From a virus (Duplodnaviria; Caudoviricetes): 41,869 bases of DNA. Every line of letters starts with the position of its first letter. Positions within the stretch are counted from its first letter, which is position 1. The translations under genes were made by a program, and so were the position numbers. Below are positions 25,041 through 35,772 of the stretch, piece by piece. Under the pieces are notes generated by a model. That model saw only the letters and a program-made list of their open reading frames with translations. It had not been told where the DNA came from and ran no database searches. The DNA lies in IMG/VR virus record IMGVR_UViG_3300037755_000507, positions 1 through 41,869 of that record, one strand, 5' to 3'.

Positions 25041-27377
25041 ATGGCGAGTGGCAACGTCAACGTGGTGTTCCCCCGCGGCGGAACCGACCGCCGGGCCGCT
25101 TTCCAGCAGGAAGCTCCGTACACCACGCGCGACAGTGTCAACGTCCGTCCGCTTGCGGACGGGGTAGAGAGGGGCGGCACCAGACCCGGCCTTACTCGGG
25201 CCTTTCCAGGACTCGTGACCCACGGCGGAGAGCCGCCCCCTCCACCCCCGCCGCCGCCGCCAGATCCCGAGCCGGACATCACGCCACCGCCGGTTCGGTT
25301 TGCACCGTCGGTGGCCCCCCCCATAGGTAGCGGTCCGACGGTATTTCAAACTCCGTCGTACTACATCGTCGGCAACCCGGCGAGCGGGCCGGGGTTCATC
25401 CCGATCGGCGCAGAGGGCGACCCGGTTGGCCCGACAGTGTTTGTCCCGTTCCGCGAGATCAGCGGGGCCGGTCCGCTCCAGACGCTGTTCGAGGATCAAT
25501 TCGGATATGCTGACGGCTATCTGGACGACGTGTCCCCGCAGTGGTCTGCCATTCCGCCGAACGGGGTCTACGTCAGAGGCAGGGAGATCGCTCTTGTACC
25601 ACCCGATCCCGACAAGGTCCGTGATTACCACAACGCCTTTGGACCGGCGTTTGGAGAAGACAACAATACGAAATACACCGTCAGGCTGACGATCCAGAGA
25701 AATAGGATATTCGATCCTGGCTCGTGGGCGCAGTACAACCTGTACCTGCTGTCTCAACTGCACAACCCACTTCGGAACGGGGTGTTCGGGTCAGTTCAGA
25801 TTTATGGCGATGGCGGCGTCTTTCTTCAAGGGATCACCTTTATCGACGGCGCTCCGAGATCGACAGAAAACGGGGAAACGCAGTACATCCCAGGCGAACA
25901 GGCTGTCCTTACGGGCAAATCCAATGATGTTGCCACCTTGACCTATGGCGACCTGACGATTGAATGGGGGTGTCCGAAAACGGGCTACACCCGCCACGGG
26001 TTTGGGCTATCCGCCAGCGAAAATGACAACATTGTCGATGCTGACGACTACCAGTTTCAGTTCACTCGCGAGGTGAATGAACGTAACCGCAGCCGCTTGT
26101 TCTTCGGCGGACCGTCGAGCTACTTCATCGAACAGGAAGAGGATGAGCGCGGCTTCGCGACGATCGAAGGCGAGTGGCCGGGCCTGACGGACAACGTCGC
26201 ACCAACGTCCGGCGTGGATTACAGCCGCAAGGTGTATGTCGTCAATGGTGGTGAAAAGGTCGGCGTGTTCGACCCAGAGGGCGGCACGCTCGAATCGCTT
26301 GAGCCGACCACCGAAATCGGCATCCCGACCAAATGCCGGTCGGTGACGATCTTCCACGACCGGCTGGCGTTGGCTGTGGACCCGGACAATCCGCAGGAGG
26401 CGTACTTTTCTCGCGTCGGCGACCCGGGAGACTTCGACACCAGCCGGACGGACAGCAGGAGTGCTACCAGCTTGACCGCAAGCGGCGCTGGGCGGATCGG
26501 GCAGCCGATCATCGACCAGATTCCGTTTCTGGACGACTACTTGATCTACGCCTGCTCGGGGTCCATGTGGAACCTGACGGGCGATCCGAACTACGGCGGG
26601 CAGTTGCTCAACATCAGCGACGGCATCGGGTTGATCGCGCAACATGGATGGTGCCGAACCCCGGAGGGGACGATCGTTTTCCTGTCCCGGTCCGGGCTGT
26701 TCGTCATCAGCGACACCAGCAGGTTCGCTGAGCCGTTCAGCGAAAGAGTCATGCCGCTGGAGTTCAAGCGGCTGGTGGCATCGGATTGGAACATCCGGCT
26801 CGTGTACGACCACGACCACTTCGGCGTCCATATCTTTGCGCACCGCCACGACTTAGCGGCGAAATCGCACTGGTGGGTTGACTGGCAGACGAAGGGTTTC
26901 AACGAGGTCGAGTTTCCCGACTTGTTGATGAACCCGGCCGGGGCCGTATGGTACGACAGTGACCTGACGACGAAGCGTGGGGTCGTTCTTGGCTGCCTTG
27001 ACGGGTACTTGCGTTCGTTCCGGTCGCGCACCGGACACGACGACAACCTTCCTTTCGACAGCCGTGTTGTGATTGGTCCGATTCGCATGGGCGCCGGCGA
27101 CGGGTCAACCCGGCTCGACCACATGGTGGCCGTGCTCGGTCTGGACAGCGGTGACGTGTCCTGGGAGCTGCGCGTCGGAAAGAGCGAAGAAGAGGCGTTT
27201 GCCCGTCCGGCGGTCACAAAGTCGGGGACGTGGCGAGCCGGACGGAATCTGACGAACCGGCCGTGGGTGCGAGGCAACTCCTTCTACCTCGTCATCCGCG
27301 GTTCCGGTTCGCACTGGTCGATGGAGCGTATCGAGATGCGATTGCAGGACAGCGGCATCGTGGTGAGGTCGAAGTGA
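25041..27377 (+). CDS. Tail nozzle / stabilisation protein (tubular B, P22 gp10-like) with an inserted domain
   Basis: FP.GG...NVRP...RGGTRPGL N-terminus and beta-propeller motifs FHDRLALA and YFSRVGDPGDFD. Confidence 0.82.
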   Translation: MASGNVNVVFPRGGTDRRAAFQQEAPYTTRDSVNVRPLADGVERGGTRPGLTRAFPGLVTHGGEPPPPPPPPPPDPEPDITPPPVRFAPSVAPPIGSGPTVFQTPSYYIVGNPASGPGFIPIGAEGDPVGPTVFVPFREISGAGPLQTLFEDQFGYADGYLDDVSPQWSAIPPNGVYVRGREIALVPPDPDKVRDYHNAFGPAFGEDNNTKYTVRLTIQRNRIFDPGSWAQYNLYLLSQLHNPLRNGVFGSVQIYGDGGVFLQGITFIDGAPRSTENGETQYIPGEQAVLTGKSNDVATLTYGDLTIEWGCPKTGYTRHGFGLSASENDNIVDADDYQFQFTREVNERNRSRLFFGGPSSYFIEQEEDERGFATIEGEWPGLTDNVAPTSGVDYSRKVYVVNGGEKVGVFDPEGGTLESLEPTTEIGIPTKCRSVTIFHDRLALAVDPDNPQEAYFSRVGDPGDFDTSRTDSRSATSLTASGAGRIGQPIIDQIPFLDDYLIYACSGSMWNLTGDPNYGGQLLNISDGIGLIAQHGWCRTPEGTIVFLSRSGLFVISDTSRFAEPFSERVMPLEFKRLVASDWNIRLVYDHDHFGVHIFAHRHDLAAKSHWWVDWQTKGFNEVEFPDLLMNPAGAVWYDSDLTTKRGVVLGCLDGYLRSFRSRTGHDDNLPFDSRVVIGPIRMGAGDGSTRLDHMVAVLGLDSGDVSWELRVGKSEEEAFARPAVTKSGTWRAGRNLTNRPWVRGNSFYLVIRGSGSHWSMERIEMRLQDSGIVVRSK

Positions 27378-27787
27378 GGCCAGTCCGTGCCAACGTGAGG
27401 ACATTCGATGAGACGCGGCGTGAGCTTGCGAAGCTGACTGCTGCCGTCGGGGCTGCGCCGCCGGCCGCGCTCCAGTGGAACTACCGAGTCTGGTCGGAGA
27501 GCTTCATCTTTGCCAACATCGGAGACGCGATCCTTATGCGGCGCAGCGGGGAGGGCGCAAGGCAGTGCCAGCTTCCGACGATCACGGCCGAAATGAAAAA
27601 CGGGATGGTCCTCGTTTCGCCCGTGTTCGCGCCGACCCGATTCGAGTGCCAGATCGTCGCACAAGGCCAGAACCGGATAGCCGACCAGGACCATATCGAA
27701 GTGCGGCGCGGCCCCGCCCTGATCTTGTGTGACGGGGTCAACGACTGGCTTATGATGAGCGGATACGACTGGGATATTAACCCGTAG
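27374..27787 (+). CDS. Short fibre-like virion protein
   Basis: GTGA overlap. LPT...G.V...LILCDGVNDW resembles small fibre head domains. Confidence 0.6.
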   Translation: MRPVRANVRTFDETRRELAKLTAAVGAAPPAALQWNYRVWSESFIFANIGDAILMRRSGEGARQCQLPTITAEMKNGMVLVSPVFAPTRFECQIVAQGQNRIADQDHIEVRRGPALILCDGVNDWLMMSGYDWDINP

Positions 27788-27796
27788 GGGATTGCA

Positions 27797-29044
27797 ATGC
27801 CGTACGAAATGCCAAACCTGCTGAGTCCGACCGGCATCATTGAAATGTTGCTGCGGTTCGGGAGTCTGGGCGAACAGCAGAAAGGATTCGACGAAGCGAA
27901 GGATGCCAACCTTCGCAACTTCGGCGAGTCGCTACTGGAACTGAGGCAAAACGAGGAGGACGTGGGGGGCATTATCGATTCCGGGCAGGCAGAAGAGCGC
28001 GGGCTTATGGGAGGCGCTCTGGGCAATTTCACGTCCGGCAACGAACAGGCGCTCGGCAAGCTCACCGGCCTCCTCCAGGGCGGAAAGTGGGATGCGTGGC
28101 AAGAGGCGGCACGGTCACTGGACCAGTACGGAGCGGGTTCTGACGCCATCATGGGCGGCTATTCCGATCTGGCCGGTTCTCTGCCGGGCCAGTACGGGAG
28201 TCGGGCGGAAGACATCTTCGGCCGTGCTGAGTCCGGCTACGGCGATATCGTCGGCGGGTTCTCTGGCCGCGAATCTGACCTGCTCGGCATGTTGGAGGGC
28301 GCTGGCGACCAGGCCCGTAAGGACATTGACCAGGACTTTGCTGAGTCTGAATCGTCTCGGATGCAGGACTTGGCCCGCCGCGGCCTGACCGGCTCGACGG
28401 TTTCCAGTTCGATTGCGGCCGGTACGGAGCGAGACAAGCAGGACGCGATCGGGAGGCTGAACGAGGCCCTTCGTGGCGAACGGGTCGGACTGGCCGAACG
28501 GACGTCGGCCGACACGCTGGGGGCGAAAGGGTCTGCGTTGGCGAACATGCTCAACCTGCGGACCGGGCTGACAGGCGATACACTGGGCGCGACCGAGCGG
28601 ACGGCGATGAATAAGCTGCTGGCCGAGACGGGCTTTCTTGGGGGCGAAACCGATCTCAGGCAGTCCGGCATGGATCGCTTCTTCAACTGGGCCGGCACAG
28701 AGGCGTCAGCCGTACCGGGGGCGATGTTCTCGAATGCGGCGAGTGAGTATGGCGGGATGGGCGACCTGATGAACATGCTCCGTTCCCAGCGTGGCGAGAA
28801 GGTCGGCAGCATGTTCGACACGACCAATGCGATCGTGAACCTGCGCGGGATGCGCGAGGACATGTATCCGCAGCAGGGTCCGATGGGGGCCGGTGCGGAC
28901 TTCTTCAGCAGGTGGAACCAGCCACGGTATGAAGAGCCGAAGACCGATTGGTGGTCGCCGTTGGTTGGTGGCGCCACATCACTCGGCGGTAGTATGTTCA
29001 TGGGCGCTGGTGCCGCCGGCGGATTTGGGAACCTGTTCAAATGA
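27797..29044 (+). CDS. Internal virion / DNA ejection protein 1
   Basis: G/A/Q-rich, QDLARRGLTGST motif, Gly-rich hydrophobic C-terminus, located after the nozzle. Confidence 0.72.
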   Translation: MPYEMPNLLSPTGIIEMLLRFGSLGEQQKGFDEAKDANLRNFGESLLELRQNEEDVGGIIDSGQAEERGLMGGALGNFTSGNEQALGKLTGLLQGGKWDAWQEAARSLDQYGAGSDAIMGGYSDLAGSLPGQYGSRAEDIFGRAESGYGDIVGGFSGRESDLLGMLEGAGDQARKDIDQDFAESESSRMQDLARRGLTGSTVSSSIAAGTERDKQDAIGRLNEALRGERVGLAERTSADTLGAKGSALANMLNLRTGLTGDTLGATERTAMNKLLAETGFLGGETDLRQSGMDRFFNWAGTEASAVPGAMFSNAASEYGGMGDLMNMLRSQRGEKVGSMFDTTNAIVNLRGMREDMYPQQGPMGAGADFFSRWNQPRYEEPKTDWWSPLVGGATSLGGSMFMGAGAAGGFGNLFK

Positions 29045-30480
29045 GCTACGTCATCCGCTACGACAGACCGAGCCTGATCGACATGATTGCGCGCACAGGC
29101 GCCGACTGGTCGGACAAGCAGGCGTTCGTCAACGAGGCGAACGCTCGTGAGTCGGCTCAGCGCAAGCAGCAGTCGATGTCGAACATCATGTCCGGGGTCG
29201 AGAACCTTGGTCAGGGAATCATCCAGGGCCAGGTTTATCGCGTCCAGCGAGAACAAGGCCAGCGACAGCAGTTCATGCAGCAGGTGCAGGCCCGCAACAA
29301 GGAGATCGTCGGGCAACTCAAGAACTACCCGCCAGACATCCAGGCGCAGATAAACGGAGAGCTTCGGGCCGTCGGCAAGTTAATGTTCGATCCTGACTTC
29401 GATGTTAACGAGGCCATGCGTGGCACCGAAGGCGTTTACAGCCGCATCGAAAGCACGCTGCAATCATACGAGCCCCCTCAGCCGCCGAAGACTTGGGACG
29501 AGTACAAGGAAGCGGGCATTGTTATCGAGCGTCCCGATGGCGGATTTATGTACGAAGATGGCAAGGGTTCGAGGAAATATATCGACCCGCCGAAGACGGA
29601 CCAGCCCGACATCCGCGAGGAGTACAAGCAGACGTACGGGCGATACCCGTCGCCGGTCGAGGAGGCCCGTTACAAGCAGAAGCGTGCATACCTCGACCAG
29701 GTGGGCTTGCAGGAGATCGACGCGCTGGTGTCCGGCAAGGGTAGCCCGCTCAACCCGATGGGCATCCCCAGTCCGCAGGCGATGCAGTTGATCCAGGAAG
29801 AGCAGGCCCGGCAGGCTCCGCAGCAGCAGCAGGCGATGCAGCCGCGCCCGGTTGTGATCGGCGATCAGGTTGTCGGGTGGGAGCATCCGCAGTCGGACGG
29901 CTCGATCCATCGTGACGACGGCGAGTCGCTGTGGAGTGAGCGCCTTGACGAGAACGGTAAGGTCCAGCGTTCTTTGGTTGCAAAAGAGTCGCCGATGAAG
30001 CTGAAGCGCCTTGAGGCCGACCGACAGCGAGAGGCGGCAGAGAGTGCGGCTGAACAGCAGCGCAAGGCAGCGGAGAAGATCGAAGATGAAATCAGGAAGT
30101 TGCGCAGTGACACCGTGTCCGACTACCTGAGAAGCAAGCTCGAATGGTATTCGACTCCACAGATCGGTGAGGACGGAAAACCCGGTCCAGTCAAGGAGCC
30201 GACGCCAGAGGTGTGGGCACAGTATTACCGTGAGGCACAGGACGCCGCCGATCAGGGTGAAGAGCGGTACCGTGCCGCCATTCGCGCTCGCGAGCAGCTT
30301 GAGCGTGACGCGATGGGCGCCACGCCTCCGCCAGCCCCCGCCGCCCCGCCCGCGACGCGAGAGCAGGCGGACGCCGAGCTTCAAGCGATCAAGCAAGCCG
30401 TGACGGCTCGCGGCGGTCGGCCGACGGCTGAGGAACAGGCCCGCATCGCCGAACTGCTGAGGATCGTCCGTGGCGGATAA
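29041..30480 (+). CDS. Internal virion / DNA ejection protein 2
   Basis: Q/E-rich coiled coil; second of the usual three podoviral ejection genes (positional). Confidence 0.68.
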   Translation: MSYVIRYDRPSLIDMIARTGADWSDKQAFVNEANARESAQRKQQSMSNIMSGVENLGQGIIQGQVYRVQREQGQRQQFMQQVQARNKEIVGQLKNYPPDIQAQINGELRAVGKLMFDPDFDVNEAMRGTEGVYSRIESTLQSYEPPQPPKTWDEYKEAGIVIERPDGGFMYEDGKGSRKYIDPPKTDQPDIREEYKQTYGRYPSPVEEARYKQKRAYLDQVGLQEIDALVSGKGSPLNPMGIPSPQAMQLIQEEQARQAPQQQQAMQPRPVVIGDQVVGWEHPQSDGSIHRDDGESLWSERLDENGKVQRSLVAKESPMKLKRLEADRQREAAESAAEQQRKAAEKIEDEIRKLRSDTVSDYLRSKLEWYSTPQIGEDGKPGPVKEPTPEVWAQYYREAQDAADQGEERYRAAIRAREQLERDAMGATPPPAPAAPPATREQADAELQAIKQAVTARGGRPTAEEQARIAELLRIVRGG

Positions 30481-33400
30481 GTATTCCGAGTTCGACGCTC
30501 TGCTGACGGTCGAGCCTGCGCCGCCGGACCCGTACGCCGAGTTCGACGCGATGCTGGCTGTGGCCCCTGTAGCCCCTCAGCAGCAGTGGGGGCCGAGCGA
30601 TCCGTACCGCATCGACTTCAACGAGATCAGCGGGGCGCCCGCGACTGTGCCGACCGCCGGGGACAAGGCGCGACAGGCCACGCTTATGGGCGGGATGGGG
30701 TTTGCCGAGGGGGTTGCCGGCGCTCTGACGGGGGTTCAGGAACTCCCCCAGACGATCATTCAAGGGATGACGGCCGGCAGTCCGAACGCCGTCCAGCGGC
30801 TTGTCGGCCGCAAGGCGAACGAGATTCTGGACGCATTCTGGGCGACGAAACCCGGACTCAGCCCATCCGAAGCGGCCGCTGGCATCAACTCCCTCAAGGA
30901 CGAACTGGTCAAGCAGAATGGCGACCCGGCTCTGGCTGATTCCTTCCTGTGGAGCAAGCTGCCCCGCGGGGCCGGCAACCTGCTTTGGTATCTGACCGGC
31001 GGGGCTGTCGGCACGGTGGCGACGGGCGGGGCGAGCGCTGCAGCGACCGTGGCGACCGCCATCCCGTCTCAGGTCGGGGCGATGATCCAAGAGGCGATCG
31101 ACGCCGGCAAGACGAAAGAGGAGGCCAGGGCGTACGCGGCTGTCGGTATCCCGCTTGGCGCGTCCGAACTGGTTGGCATTCCGGGCAAGTTCTTCCGCAT
31201 CTTGGGCAAGGCGCCGTCGTCGCTCGCGAAGGCGTTCCGGGTCGTTGTGGAGGGCGGGGTTGAGAATGCGATCCAGGAAGTTGGGCAGACCGTCACCGAG
31301 AACGTCGCTGCTCGCGTCTACATTGAACGAAACCGGGACATCTTTGAAGGGGTTGGCGACGCCGCGGGGATGGGCGGTACTCTGGGCATTCTCGCCAGCG
31401 CCGCCGCGGCCGCGCTCGGGATGCGTCATCGTCGGATCATCCAGAAAGCTGCCGAGACGGGTCAGGTCAGCCGCGACGCTTTCCGCGAGGCGATGGGCAT
31501 CCCGTCGTCTGAGGCCGTGCCGGCGAACGATGAGCGGGTGGAGATTCTGCGGGAGAAGCTGAGGCAGGAGGAGGCGGCGCCGCCCGTTGAGGCGCAGCAA
31601 CCGCCACCAAGTGAGACACAACAGCCGTCTACCTCAACAGGTGAGACGTTACAGCCGGGCGAGACGATCGAGGCGTTGGGCCGCGGCTACGGGGCGGGAA
31701 CCGACGTTTACGACCGGGTCAACGCCGCCGAGCGCGCCCGGGCCGCTGGGCAGGCCCCTGCGGCCGCCCAGGAGCCGCGATCGGAGCCGGGCGGGGCAGT
31801 TCCACCCCCCGCGGCCGAAGTCGCGCCAGAGGCCGCTGAAACGGCCGTGCCGCCCACGCCGGAAGTTGAGCAAGCCAAGCAGGAGTTCCCGGACGCCCCG
31901 GAACTGATCGTCCCGAAACCGCCACCGCCGAAGACGCCGGAGCCGGGGACGGCGGAGTACGACCCGGCCGGCCGGACCGCTGCCATGCACGCGGCCACCG
32001 AAGCCGCTCGCGAACGGCTCCAAATGCCGCCCCGGTCGAAGTTCAAGATCACGATGCAGCAGGGCGTGGACGAGGCGGTCCGGCGCTACGCCGAAGACCC
32101 GGACATCCAGGACAAGCTCATCGCGGAACTGAAAACGACCCCCCGCCCGCTCCGGGATTGGGAGTTCTACCTGCTGGTTCAGCGCAAAGTCGTGCTGGAC
32201 TCTCAGTACAACACCACACTGGAGGGGCTGGAGAAGGCAGAGGAGGCGGGCGATACCACGACCGTCGCCATGCTGGAGGCTCGCGAGACAGCCCAGCTTG
32301 AGCAACTGGAACAGCTTTTTGAGGCTGCTGAACAGTCAGGCACACTCCAGTCGGCTGACTTTCGTGCTCGGCAGGCGTTTCTCGACGCCGAGTTCGACCT
32401 TGCCCGCATAATGCGGCAGGCGCGGAAGAAGAAGGGGTCGCCGCTGACCCCGGAGGATCGCCAAGAGGTTGCCAACCTTCAGCGTGAACTGAAGACCCGC
32501 AACGACGAGATTGAGCGGCTTCGGGCGGCCGGCAGCGAAGAGGCGATCAAGAAGCGAATCGACGAAGCGATTAAGCAGTGGTCGGCTGAGCACAAGCCGA
32601 AAGTCGGGACGAAGAGGCGGACGGCAGCCCAGAAGGGTATTGACGCGGCATGGAAGGACTTCGAGGCGAAGACGAAGGGCAAGCTGTTCAGCACGCCGCT
32701 GGATCCCGAGATTGTCGGCTCGGCCGTCAATCTGGCCAAGGCGTACGCCAAGCTCGGAATCGCCACCGTTCAGGACTTCATGGATGCCGTTGGCCAGCGA
32801 CTCGGAAAGGATAAGGTCGAGGCTCAGCGCCCGCTATTCGAGCAGGCGTGGCAGCAGGCTCAGACAGAGCGCAAGCCGCAGGTGGGGGCACTGGCCGACA
32901 AGGCGGCCGCCTCCAGCGTCGCCAACAAGCTCGCACGCTTCTACGTTGAGAGCGGAGTGACCGATCGCGAAGCGGTTGTGGACGCTGTTCACGCCGACCT
33001 CATGGCCGCGATGCCGGAGTGGACCCGTCGCGACACGATGGACGCCATCAGCGGGTACGGCCAGTCATCGCCGCTCAAGAAAGACACCGTCAGTGTCATC
33101 CTTCGCGACATCCGTGGTCAGCTTCAGCAGATCGCGAAACTGAAGGATATCGAGGCCGGCGTCCCGCTCCTCAAGACCGGCCCCGAGCGGCGCACGCCGT
33201 CCGCCGAAGAACGCGGCCTCATCAAGCAGGTGGAAGAGGCCAAGCGACGTAAGGGCGTCGCCGCCGGATCGCAGTTGAAGTCGGCACTGGACGGGATCAA
33301 GACTCGGCTTCGCAACGAAATCGAGGACATGGACCGCCAGATTGCCGCGAAGGAAAAGACGGTCAAGAACCGGACGCGGGTCAAGTACGATGCCGAGGCG

Positions 33401-35587
33401 GACGCTCTTCGCGCGAAGCGGGACGCCAAGCGGGAAATCTACGACGCGATGTTCGGGATCGAGTCCGAGAAGCGTCGTTGGGCCGACGAGCGAGAGGCGG
33501 CGAGCCTGCGTGAGCGAATCGGCGCTGCAAAGAAACACCTCCAAGATGGAACACTTCCTGCTGGCAGGCCGCAACGCACGATCGGCCCCCCGGAGAACCA
33601 GGCGCTTCGCAGTGAGCTTGCCGACCTGAACAAGGCGATACAACAGTCCGATCCGGCAGTCCGAAAGCGGTTAGAGCCGCGGGTTGACGCACTCAAGAAA
33701 AAGCTGGCAGACGAAGACTTCTCGACACGGGCAAGACCTGCGAAGCCTGAGCCGAGTGCTGCTGTCAAACCGATACTGGAAGAGATTGCGGCATTGCAGC
33801 AGGCGATTCGTGACGGCAGGAATCTCCAATCGGCCTACGATCGGGCGGACGCTCTGCTGACTCACCTGCACAACGAAACTCTGCCAGCGAAGAAGGCGGG
33901 CCGTGTTGTCAGCCCGGAATTGAAAGCCGCTCGCGATCTGGTAGCTGGCATCCGCGACCAGCTTGCCCAGAGCGATCCGGCACAGCGAGAGCGAATGCAG
34001 TCGCAGCTTGAAAAACTGCGAGAACGGGTCGCCAAGCAGGACTTTGCGCCGAAGCCGAAGAAGGAGCGGCGTGCGCCGACGTTCCCGGAAGCGGCCGCCA
34101 TGCTGGACGAGATTGAAGCTCTTCGTGCGACGATCCGTGGCGAGCAACAGAAGGCCATCATCGCCAAGCGGCTGACCGATCTTGCCGAAGAGTACGACCG
34201 CCGCGCCAAGGCGAACGACTTCAAGCCTCGCGAACGCAAGCCGCCGAAGACCAGCCCGGAGATTGCAGCGGCACGAGTGAAGCTCGACGACTCGAAGAAG
34301 AACTTGGCGGACAAGATGCGCCAGTTCGAGAAGGAAAACCGTTCACTGATCCACAAGATCGTCGATGGCGCTTCCGAAGTGAACGCTGTCACGCGATTCA
34401 CGAAAGCAGGTCTGGAGTTCTCGGTCGTGTTCCGCCAGTGCCTCATCGAAAGCGTGAGGAAGCCGGGGCGAACACTGTCGAAGGACATCCCGAGAATGCT
34501 TCACGCCTGGAGCAGCAAAGCGGCCGCCGCAGACGCGATGGAGCAACTGGAGAACTTCCCGAACTGGAAGAGTGGCCTGTATGCCCAGATGAAGCTGCCG
34601 TGGCTTGATCCGAACGGCACACTATCCAAGCGGCAAGAGGATTATAGGTCGGAACTGTTCGCCGGCATTCCAGTCTTGAACAGGTTCGGGCCGGCGGTGT
34701 CGGTGTTTATGAACTACTCTATGGCCTATGCTGCCGACAACATGGCAGCACGGTCAGCAGACACCGACGGGACACTCAGTAAAGAGGGTGCGATCGAAAT
34801 CGGCAAGGTGGCGGGCATCTTCTCCGGGCAGGGGGACTTCGGAAAGTATCCGCAGGCGCGGACCGCGTTGAACAACATCCTCTTCTCGTCTTCGTACAGG
34901 TTGTCGCGTATCCAGACGATGACGCTCAGGCCATTGCGAGGCCGTTATCGAAGGGACGCGAAGCTGACGCCGGAGGAAGGCAAGAGGATTCAACGGGCGG
35001 CCGCCAGAGTGTATGCACGAACGGCATTCAACCTGGCGTTGATGACGGCTGGAATGGCTGTCTGGCTAAACTCAGACGATGACGAGGAAACCGAAGTCGT
35101 GCTGTGGCCGCCCACCCATAGCGGCTTCCTCAAGTGGAAGTTCGGCAATCAGCGATTGGATCCGTGGGCGGGTTTTCAGCAGCTTGTTGTTCTCGGTGCG
35201 AGGGCGGCCAGCGGCACAGTTTCCAGACTGAGCGGCGAGTCTGTTTCGACAAGGGGAGCGGGGCGACCCTACGGTGGCGACAAGTCCAGCGACATTGTGT
35301 GGAAGTACGCCAAGAGCGGATTCGCTCCGTGGTTGAGCGGGACATTCAACATCCTGGACGGCGAAAGCTACGACAAGAGGGGGGACGAATGGACCTTGGC
35401 AGGCGAACTTATAGACCTCGTGAAACCGATCTACTGGCAATCGGTTGTTGAGGCGCTCAGGGATGATGGGGTCGATTCGGAGTGGATCGACTACATCGGG
35501 ACGGCTATCCGGAGCGGCCTGTCGGCGTTCGGCCCCGGACTCGACACGTACGAAGACAAGCCCAAGCCGGTCAAGTACCGGCGATGA
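30470..35587 (+). CDS. Large internal virion / DNA ejection protein 3 (1705 aa)
   Basis: Hydrophobic Gly/Ala helices and EGGVENAIQEVGQ near the N-terminus, long coiled-coil middle, hydrophobic C-terminal domain. No enzyme motif recognised. Confidence 0.75.
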   Translation: MADKYSEFDALLTVEPAPPDPYAEFDAMLAVAPVAPQQQWGPSDPYRIDFNEISGAPATVPTAGDKARQATLMGGMGFAEGVAGALTGVQELPQTIIQGMTAGSPNAVQRLVGRKANEILDAFWATKPGLSPSEAAAGINSLKDELVKQNGDPALADSFLWSKLPRGAGNLLWYLTGGAVGTVATGGASAAATVATAIPSQVGAMIQEAIDAGKTKEEARAYAAVGIPLGASELVGIPGKFFRILGKAPSSLAKAFRVVVEGGVENAIQEVGQTVTENVAARVYIERNRDIFEGVGDAAGMGGTLGILASAAAAALGMRHRRIIQKAAETGQVSRDAFREAMGIPSSEAVPANDERVEILREKLRQEEAAPPVEAQQPPPSETQQPSTSTGETLQPGETIEALGRGYGAGTDVYDRVNAAERARAAGQAPAAAQEPRSEPGGAVPPPAAEVAPEAAETAVPPTPEVEQAKQEFPDAPELIVPKPPPPKTPEPGTAEYDPAGRTAAMHAATEAARERLQMPPRSKFKITMQQGVDEAVRRYAEDPDIQDKLIAELKTTPRPLRDWEFYLLVQRKVVLDSQYNTTLEGLEKAEEAGDTTTVAMLEARETAQLEQLEQLFEAAEQSGTLQSADFRARQAFLDAEFDLARIMRQARKKKGSPLTPEDRQEVANLQRELKTRNDEIERLRAAGSEEAIKKRIDEAIKQWSAEHKPKVGTKRRTAAQKGIDAAWKDFEAKTKGKLFSTPLDPEIVGSAVNLAKAYAKLGIATVQDFMDAVGQRLGKDKVEAQRPLFEQAWQQAQTERKPQVGALADKAAASSVANKLARFYVESGVTDREAVVDAVHADLMAAMPEWTRRDTMDAISGYGQSSPLKKDTVSVILRDIRGQLQQIAKLKDIEAGVPLLKTGPERRTPSAEERGLIKQVEEAKRRKGVAAGSQLKSALDGIKTRLRNEIEDMDRQIAAKEKTVKNRTRVKYDAEADALRAKRDAKREIYDAMFGIESEKRRWADEREAASLRERIGAAKKHLQDGTLPAGRPQRTIGPPENQALRSELADLNKAIQQSDPAVRKRLEPRVDALKKKLADEDFSTRARPAKPEPSAAVKPILEEIAALQQAIRDGRNLQSAYDRADALLTHLHNETLPAKKAGRVVSPELKAARDLVAGIRDQLAQSDPAQRERMQSQLEKLRERVAKQDFAPKPKKERRAPTFPEAAAMLDEIEALRATIRGEQQKAIIAKRLTDLAEEYDRRAKANDFKPRERKPPKTSPEIAAARVKLDDSKKNLADKMRQFEKENRSLIHKIVDGASEVNAVTRFTKAGLEFSVVFRQCLIESVRKPGRTLSKDIPRMLHAWSSKAAAADAMEQLENFPNWKSGLYAQMKLPWLDPNGTLSKRQEDYRSELFAGIPVLNRFGPAVSVFMNYSMAYAADNMAARSADTDGTLSKEGAIEIGKVAGIFSGQGDFGKYPQARTALNNILFSSSYRLSRIQTMTLRPLRGRYRRDAKLTPEEGKRIQRAAARVYARTAFNLALMTAGMAVWLNSDDDEETEVVLWPPTHSGFLKWKFGNQRLDPWAGFQQLVVLGARAASGTVSRLSGESVSTRGAGRPYGGDKSSDIVWKYAKSGFAPWLSGTFNILDGESYDKRGDEWTLAGELIDLVKPIYWQSVVEALRDDGVDSEWIDYIGTAIRSGLSAFGPGLDTYEDKPKPVKYRR

Positions 35588-35623
35588 CTGTTTCCATCGG
35601 CTGACCGCGATGGAATGATGTCG

Positions 35624-35650
35624 GCGGGGGGGCGTTCCCCCCGCTTTTTT
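35624..35650 (+). terminator. Rho-independent terminator ending the structural operon
   Basis: GCGGGGGGG-CGTT-CCCCCCGC followed by T6. Confidence 0.85.
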
Positions 35651-35737
35651 CATGCGCCGGCACTTACCCCACCCCGCCGCAAACCCTTGCCCCACCCCGG
35701 CTTACGGAAAATCCGCGCCGCGTCGAAAAAAAGACAG

Positions 35738-35766
35738 TTGACACAAATGTGTCAGTTCGTTAACGT
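35738..35766 (+). promoter_or_regulatory. Sigma-70 promoter with overlapping palindromic operator
   Basis: TTGACA-17 nt-TAACGT. Perfect TGACACA-AA-TGTGTCA at 35739-35754. A-tract upstream. Confidence 0.8.
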
Positions 35767-35772
35767 GTGGTC

